Shown here piece after piece: positions 61,101-64,000 of a DNA stretch of 64,000 nt. The position numbers and the translations under genes were made by a program. Position 1 is the stretch's first letter; each line of letters begins with the position of its first letter. Under the pieces are notes generated by a model that did not search any database, was not told the origin of the DNA, and saw only the letters and a program-made list of their open reading frames with translations. This DNA is from Nitrosopumilus sp. (GTDB lineage Archaea > Thermoproteota > Nitrososphaeria > Nitrososphaerales > Nitrosopumilaceae), in contig OZ245003.1 in assembly GCA_965223425.1 (NCBI GenBank), positions 2,048,001-2,112,000 of the forward strand, written 5' to 3'.

Positions 61101-64000
61101 GCCGGTGTCGACCGTGCCAGTGGTGGTGACTGCAGAATTATCGTCAGTTGTGACGCCATCAAGGAGGTCAGGCGAGTCAGCACCAAGCTCCAGCGTTATC
61201 TCGTCTGGAATCACGGTGATCACGGGGGCTGTGGTGTCGACTACGTGGTAGGTTCTGCTCTTTTGCATGGCAGGGTTTGTGCCGTCAGTGGAGTTGTAGC
61301 CGATGACGTAATCGCCCACGACATTAGTGTCGACCGTGCCAGTGGTGGTGACTGCAGAATTATCGTCAGTTGTGACGCCATCAAGGAGGTCAGGCGAGTC
61401 AGCACCAAGCTCCAGCGTTATCTCGTCTGGAATCACGGTGATCACGGGGGCTGTGGTGTCGACTACGTGGTAGGTTCTGCTCTTTTGCATGGCAGGGTTT
61501 GTGCCGTCAGTGGAGTTGTAGCCGATGACGTAATCGCCCACGACATTAGTGTCGACCGTGCCAGTGGTGGTGACTGCAGAATTATCGTCAGTTGTGACGC
61601 CATCAAGGAGGTCAGGCGAGTCAGCACCAAGCTCCAGCGTTATCTCGTCTGGAATCACGGTGATCACGGGGGCTGTGGTGTCGACTACGTGGTAGGTTCT
61701 GCTCTTTTGCATGGCAGGGTTTGTGCCGTCAGTGGAGTCGTAACGTATGATATATTCACCTACGGTGCCGGTGTCGACCGTGCCAGTGGTGGTGACTGCA
61801 GAACCGTCGTCAGTTGTGACGCCATCAAGGAGGTCAGGCGAGTCAGCACCAAGCTCCAGCGTTATCTCGTCTGGAATCACGGTGATCACGGGGGCTGTGG
61901 TGTCGACTACGTGGTAGGTTCTGCTCTTTTGCATGGCAGGGTTTGTGCCGTCAGTGGAGTTGTAGCCGATGACGTAATCGCCCACGACATTAGTGTCGAC
62001 CGTGCCAGTGGTGGTGACTGCAGAATTATCGTCAGTTGTGACGCCATCAAGGAGGTCAGGCGAGTCAGCACCAAGCTCCAGCGTTATCTCGTCTGGAATC
62101 ACGGTGATCACGGGGGCTGTGGTGTCGACTACGTGGTAGGTTCTGCTCTTTTGCATGGCAGGGTTTGTGCCGTCAGTGGAGTCGTAACGTATGATATATT
62201 CACCTACGGTGCCGGTGTCGACCGTGCCAGTGGTGGTGACTGCAGAATTATCGTCAGTTGTGACGCCATCAAGGAGGTCAGGCGAGTCAGCACCAAGCTC
62301 CAGCGTTATCTCGTCTGGAATCACGGTGATCACGGGGGCTGTGGTGTCGACTACGTGGTAGGTTCTGCTCTTTTGCATGGCAGGGTTTGTGCCGTCAGTG
62401 GAGTTGTAGCCGATGACGTAATCGCCCACGACATTAGTGTCGACCGTGCCAGTGGTGGTGACTGCAGAATTATCGTCAGTTGTGACGCCATCAAGGAGGT
62501 CAGGCGAGTCAGCACCAAGCTCCAGCGTTATCTCGTCTGGAATCACGGTGATCACGGGGGCTGTGGTGTCGACTACGTGGTAGGTTCTGCTCTTTTGCAT
62601 GGCAGGGTTTGTGCCGTCAGTGGAGTTGTAGCCGATGACGTAATCGCCCACGACATTAGTGTCGACCGTGCCAGTGGTGGTGACTGCAGAATTATCGTCA
62701 GTTGTGACGCCATCAAGGAGGTCAGGCGAGTCAGCACCAAGCTCCAGCGTTATCTCGTCTGGAATCACGGTGATCACGGGGGCTGTGGTGTCGACTACGT
62801 GGTAGGTTCTGCTCTTTTGCATGGCAGGGTTTGTGCCGTCAGTGGAGTCGTAACGTATGATATATTCACCTACGGTGCCGGTGTCGACCGTGCCAGTGGT
62901 GGTGACTGCAGAATTATCGTCAGTTGTGACGCCATCAAGGAGGTCAGGCGAGTCAGCACCAAGCTCCAGCGTTATCTCGTCTGGAATCACGGTGATCACG
63001 GGGGCTGTGGTGTCGACTACGTGGTAGGTTCTGCTCTTTTGCATGGCAGGGTTTGTGCCGTCAGTGGAGTTGTAGCCGATGACGTAATCGCCCACGACAT
63101 TAGTGTCGACCGTGCCAGTGGTGGTGACTGCAGAACCGTCGTCAGTTGTGACGCCATCAAGGAGGTCAGGCGAGTCAGCACCAAGCTCCAGCGTTATCTC
63201 GTCTGGAATCACGGTGATCACGGGGGCTGTGGTGTCGACTACGTGGTAGGTTCTGCTCTTTTGCATGGCAGGGTTTGTGCCGTCAGTGGAGTCGTAACGT
63301 ATGATATATTCACCTACGGTGCCGGTGTCGACCGTGCCAGTGGTGGTGACTGCAGAATTATCGTCAGTTGTGACGCCATCAAGGAGGTCAGGCGAGTCAG
63401 CACCAAGCTCCAGCGTTATCTCGTCTGGAATCACGGTGATCACGGGGGCTGTGGTGTCGACTACGTGGTAGGTTCTGCTCTTTTGCATGGCAGGGTTTGT
63501 GCCGTCAGTGGAGTTGTAGCCGATGACGTAATCGCCCACGACATTAGTGTCGACCGTGCCAGTGGTGGTGACTGCAGAACCGTCGTCAGTTGTGACGCCA
63601 TCAAGGAGGTCAGGCGAGTCAGCACCAAGCTCCAGCGTTATCTCGTCTGGAATCACGGTGATCACGGGGGCTGTGGTGTCGACTACGTGGTAGGTTCTGC
63701 TCTTTTGCATGGCAGGGTTTGTGCCGTCAGTGGAGTTGTAGCCGATGACGTAATCGCCCACGACATTAGTGTCGACCGTGCCAGTGGTGGTGACTGCAGA
63801 ACCGTCGTCAGTTGTGACGCCATCAAGGAGGTCAGGCGAGTCAGCACCAAGCTCCAGCGTTATCTCGTCTGGAATCACGGTGATCACGGGGGCTGTGGTG
63901 TCGACTACGTGGTAGGTTCTGCTCTTTTGCATGGCAGGGTTTGTGCCGTCAGTGGAGTCGTAACGTATGATATATTCACCTACGGTGCCGGTGTCGACCG
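58125..64000 (-). CDS. giant surface protein with Ig-like (DUF5011/HYR-like) tandem repeats; start lies beyond the window
   Basis: At least 21 copies of a 74-aa VDTTAPVIT..G.Y.I.Y..D repeat, a Pro/Asn linker and a C-terminal KTRPTFG domain. Confidence 0.9.
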   Translation of the reverse strand, partial: VDTGTVGEYIIRYDSTDGTNPAMQKSRTYHVVDTTAPVITVIPDEITLELGADSPDLLDGVTTDDGSAVTTTGTVDTNVVGDYVIGYNSTDGTNPAMQKSRTYHVVDTTAPVITVIPDEITLELGADSPDLLDGVTTDDGSAVTTTGTVDTNVVGDYVIGYNSTDGTNPAMQKSRTYHVVDTTAPVITVIPDEITLELGADSPDLLDGVTTDDNSAVTTTGTVDTGTVGEYIIRYDSTDGTNPAMQKSRTYHVVDTTAPVITVIPDEITLELGADSPDLLDGVTTDDGSAVTTTGTVDTNVVGDYVIGYNSTDGTNPAMQKSRTYHVVDTTAPVITVIPDEITLELGADSPDLLDGVTTDDNSAVTTTGTVDTGTVGEYIIRYDSTDGTNPAMQKSRTYHVVDTTAPVITVIPDEITLELGADSPDLLDGVTTDDNSAVTTTGTVDTNVVGDYVIGYNSTDGTNPAMQKSRTYHVVDTTAPVITVIPDEITLELGADSPDLLDGVTTDDNSAVTTTGTVDTNVVGDYVIGYNSTDGTNPAMQKSRTYHVVDTTAPVITVIPDEITLELGADSPDLLDGVTTDDNSAVTTTGTVDTGTVGEYIIRYDSTDGTNPAMQKSRTYHVVDTTAPVITVIPDEITLELGADSPDLLDGVTTDDNSAVTTTGTVDTNVVGDYVIGYNSTDGTNPAMQKSRTYHVVDTTAPVITVIPDEITLELGADSPDLLDGVTTDDGSAVTTTGTVDTGTVGEYIIRYDSTDGTNPAMQKSRTYHVVDTTAPVITVIPDEITLELGADSPDLLDGVTTDDNSAVTTTGTVDTNVVGDYVIGYNSTDGTNPAMQKSRTYHVVDTTAPVITVIPDEITLELGADSPDLLDGVTTDDNSAVTTTGTVDTNVVGDYVIGYNSTDGTNPAMQKSRTYHVVDTTAPVITVIPDEITLELGADSPDLLDGVTTDDNSAVTTTGTVDTGTVGEYIIRYDSTDGTNPAMQKSRTYHVVDTTAPVITVIPDEITLELGADSPDLLDGVTTDDNSAVTTTGTVDTGTVGEYIIRYDSTDGTNPAMQKSRTYHVVDTTAPVITVIPDEITLELGADSPDLLDGVTTDDGSAVTTTGTVDTGTVGEYIIRYDSTDGTNPAMQKSRTYHVVDTTAPVITVIPDEITLELGADSPDLLDGVTTDDGSAVTTTGTVDTNVVGDYVIGYNSTDGTNPAMQKSRTYHVVDTTAPVITVIPDEITLELGADSPDLLDGVTTSDNSAVTTTGTVDTNVVGDYVIGYNSTDGTNPAMQKSRTYHVVDTTAPVITVIPDEITLELGADSPDLLDGVTTSDNSAVTTTGTVDTNVVGDYVIGYNSTDGTNPAMQKSRTYHVVDTTAPVITVIPDEITLELGADSPDLLDGVTTDDNSAVTTTGTVDTNVVGDYVIGYNSTDGTNPAMQKSRTYHVVDTTAPVITVIPDEITLELGADSPDLLDGVTTDDNSAVTTTGTVDTNVVGDYVIGYNSTDGTNPAMQKSRTYHVVDTTAPVITVIPDEITLELGADSPDLLDGVTTDDGSAVTTTGTVDTNVVGDYVIGYNSTDGTNPAMQKSRTYHVVDNPPDPNLPENPNENPPDPNLPENPNENPPDPNLPENPNENPPDPNLPENPNENPSDPNLPENPNENLEDPSDDGVPVSDVPRGKSGNSDEHKTRPTFGKSWNTYAQIVSCGYSMDGICKDVLSYVVDNPLQELQTGFVHNFTLKTFAPKGMKFFSIGFGVPDVGSPLNDAEALIRVYLTRDYNTTSTYVIDSVSYQNEDMVIGQNATFAVSAVKCMPDSTLERCVQLDIAGVLFREQMHNEPFVIQAVDTKRRVTNHYMNDGITIAGDSMNPAPTVTLITKFASQSDVEPYELVRTDKINDMWIDQFGYTWTKNGFGTWYYVDGPEFIVSTACTDVENRLCDAFDRNMAEHTRLMEQLRDARYGNVHGDR
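59040..59237 (-). repeat. 39-bp tandem repeat x5 (NPPDPNLPENPNE)
   Basis: TTCTCATTTGGGTTCTCAGGTAAGTTTGGGTCAGGTGGA units. Confidence 0.95.
59239..64000 (-). repeat. 222-bp coding tandem repeat, about 21.4 copies in the window
   Basis: Near-identical units differing only at two short blocks. Confidence 0.97.

Noticed and set aside
59239-64000. CRISPR array
   Set aside because: Contiguous in-frame 222-bp coding repeats with no unique spacers; no cas genes seen

Overview
The window comes from an ammonia-oxidising archaeon of the Nitrosopumilus type, inferred from the archaeal shikimate operon with ADH synthase and DHQ synthase II, eIF5A, SRP54, rpS24e/S27ae, proteasome alpha, an intron-containing tRNA-Tyr and thaumarchaeal surface proteins. 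The heavy IS load, a serpin and a giant Ig-repeat protein suggest a host-associated (e.g. sponge) lineage; this is inference. Core blocks: 0.3-13.3 kb (aro operon, thiC, thiDN), 23.5-34.4 kb and 39.9-44.3 kb. Accessory blocks: 13.3-23.3 kb (nested IS110/IS66/IS5 around a serpin), 34.6-39.9 kb (IS66, nuclease/DUF488 cassette, SWIM-IS6 relic) and 44.3-64 kb (ISH3, IS630, MITEs, a two-component module, a giant repeat protein). Three main observations. (1) Three IS110 elements have ends, cores and bridge-RNA-like guide loops that can be read from the sequence. Two of them appear to encode the RNA antisense/divergent to the recombinase, and two have inserted into the terminal inverted repeats of other IS elements. 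(2) A two-component module has a secreted acidic repeat protein whose repeat is also inserted in the kinase's extracellular sensor. (3) A putative defence cassette lies next to tRNA-Tyr. All family calls come from motif recognition by eye; no database searches were run.
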